Positions 63,618 to 64,000 of a DNA stretch of 64,000 bases are shown one piece after another. Each line of letters begins with the position of its first letter. Position 1 is the stretch's first letter. The position numbers and the translations under genes were made by a program. The notes under the pieces were generated by a model. It was not told the DNA's origin, did no database searches, and was given only the letters and a program-made list of their open reading frames with translations. This DNA comes from Deinococcota bacterium. Lineage in GTDB: Bacteria; Deinococcota; Deinococci; Deinococcales; Thermaceae. The stretch lies in the NCBI GenBank assembly GCA_041695225.1, contig JBGFRI010000003.1, forward strand, positions 86,325 through 150,324. The letters are read 5' to 3'.

Positions 63618-64000
63618 CTAGCGGGTTAGCAGAGACGCGACTACAGACGCGGCTATGGCAAGAAAGAAGCCCCCCACTACCGTGAAGAGTATCCTGTCTG
63701 TCTTGGCATCGAGCTTCTCGACCTGGGTTCGCAAGTTGTTGAATCCTTGCTGTAACTCACGAACCTCAGTTGGCAGGTTAGCGAACTTCCCGACCTCGGT
63801 CCGTAAGCCGTTGAAGCCTTGCTGCAACTCACCAACCTGATTTGGCAGGTTAGCGAACTTTCCGACCTCGGTCCGTAAGCCGTTGAAGCCTTGCTGCAAC
63901 TCACCAACCTGATTTGGCAGGTTAGCGAACTTTCCGACCTCGGTCCGTAAGCCGTTGAAGCCTTGCTGCAACTCACCAACCTGATTTGGCAGGTTAGCGA
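63618..64000 (-). CDS. Coiled-coil tandem-repeat protein with C-terminal TM helix, copy 4 (5' end outside window)
   Basis: Perfect 72-bp (24-aa) tandem repeats QQGFNGLRTEVGKFANLPNQVGEL; hydrophobic C-terminus. Confidence 0.85.
   Translation of the reverse strand, partial: ANLPNQVGELQQGFNGLRTEVGKFANLPNQVGELQQGFNGLRTEVGKFANLPNQVGELQQGFNGLRTEVGKFANLPTEVRELQQGFNNLRTQVEKLDAKTDRILFTVVGGFFLAIAASVVASLLTR

Overview
This window looks like part of a large conjugative plasmid from a Deinococcota host, most likely Meiothermus/Thermaceae. That assignment is inferred from high GC, an SlpA-like S-layer protein, NurA- and PilX/DUF4900-like genes and many leaderless -10-only promoters. Backbone: parB-parA, a 22-bp iteron origin with a Rep_3-type initiator, a dispersed type IV secretion region (VirB2/B3/B4/B5-like/B6/B10-like, VirD4, a possible Replic_Relax/MOBC-like relaxase), a type ISP restriction-modification enzyme, an orphan adenine methylase, DnaN, a helicase and three tyrosine-recombinase-family genes, one apparently catalytically dead. 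Unexplained structure: (1) 15 copies of a rigidly spaced module, -10 box-N7-GATAGGAG, 13 of which head a gene, many of those ending in an AGG(C/T/A)ACAG motif plus a terminator; (2) six highly diverged paralogs of an unknown ~400-aa protein, all under that module, two of them sharing an identical 216-bp 5' block; (3) a stand-alone tandem Csx16-like protein under the same module, a candidate type III anti-CRISPR ring nuclease; (4) a repeated unit of structured leader, variable-repeat coiled-coil/TM gene, identical terminator, ~65-nt element, 12-9-12 bp palindrome and leaderless promoter, which sits ahead of transfer-gene segments; (5) a promoter-driven, highly structured non-coding region of at least 320 nt at the left edge; (6) a type I toxin-like locus. 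No CRISPR array, tRNA or rRNA was seen. All family assignments come from motif recognition by eye; no database search was run.
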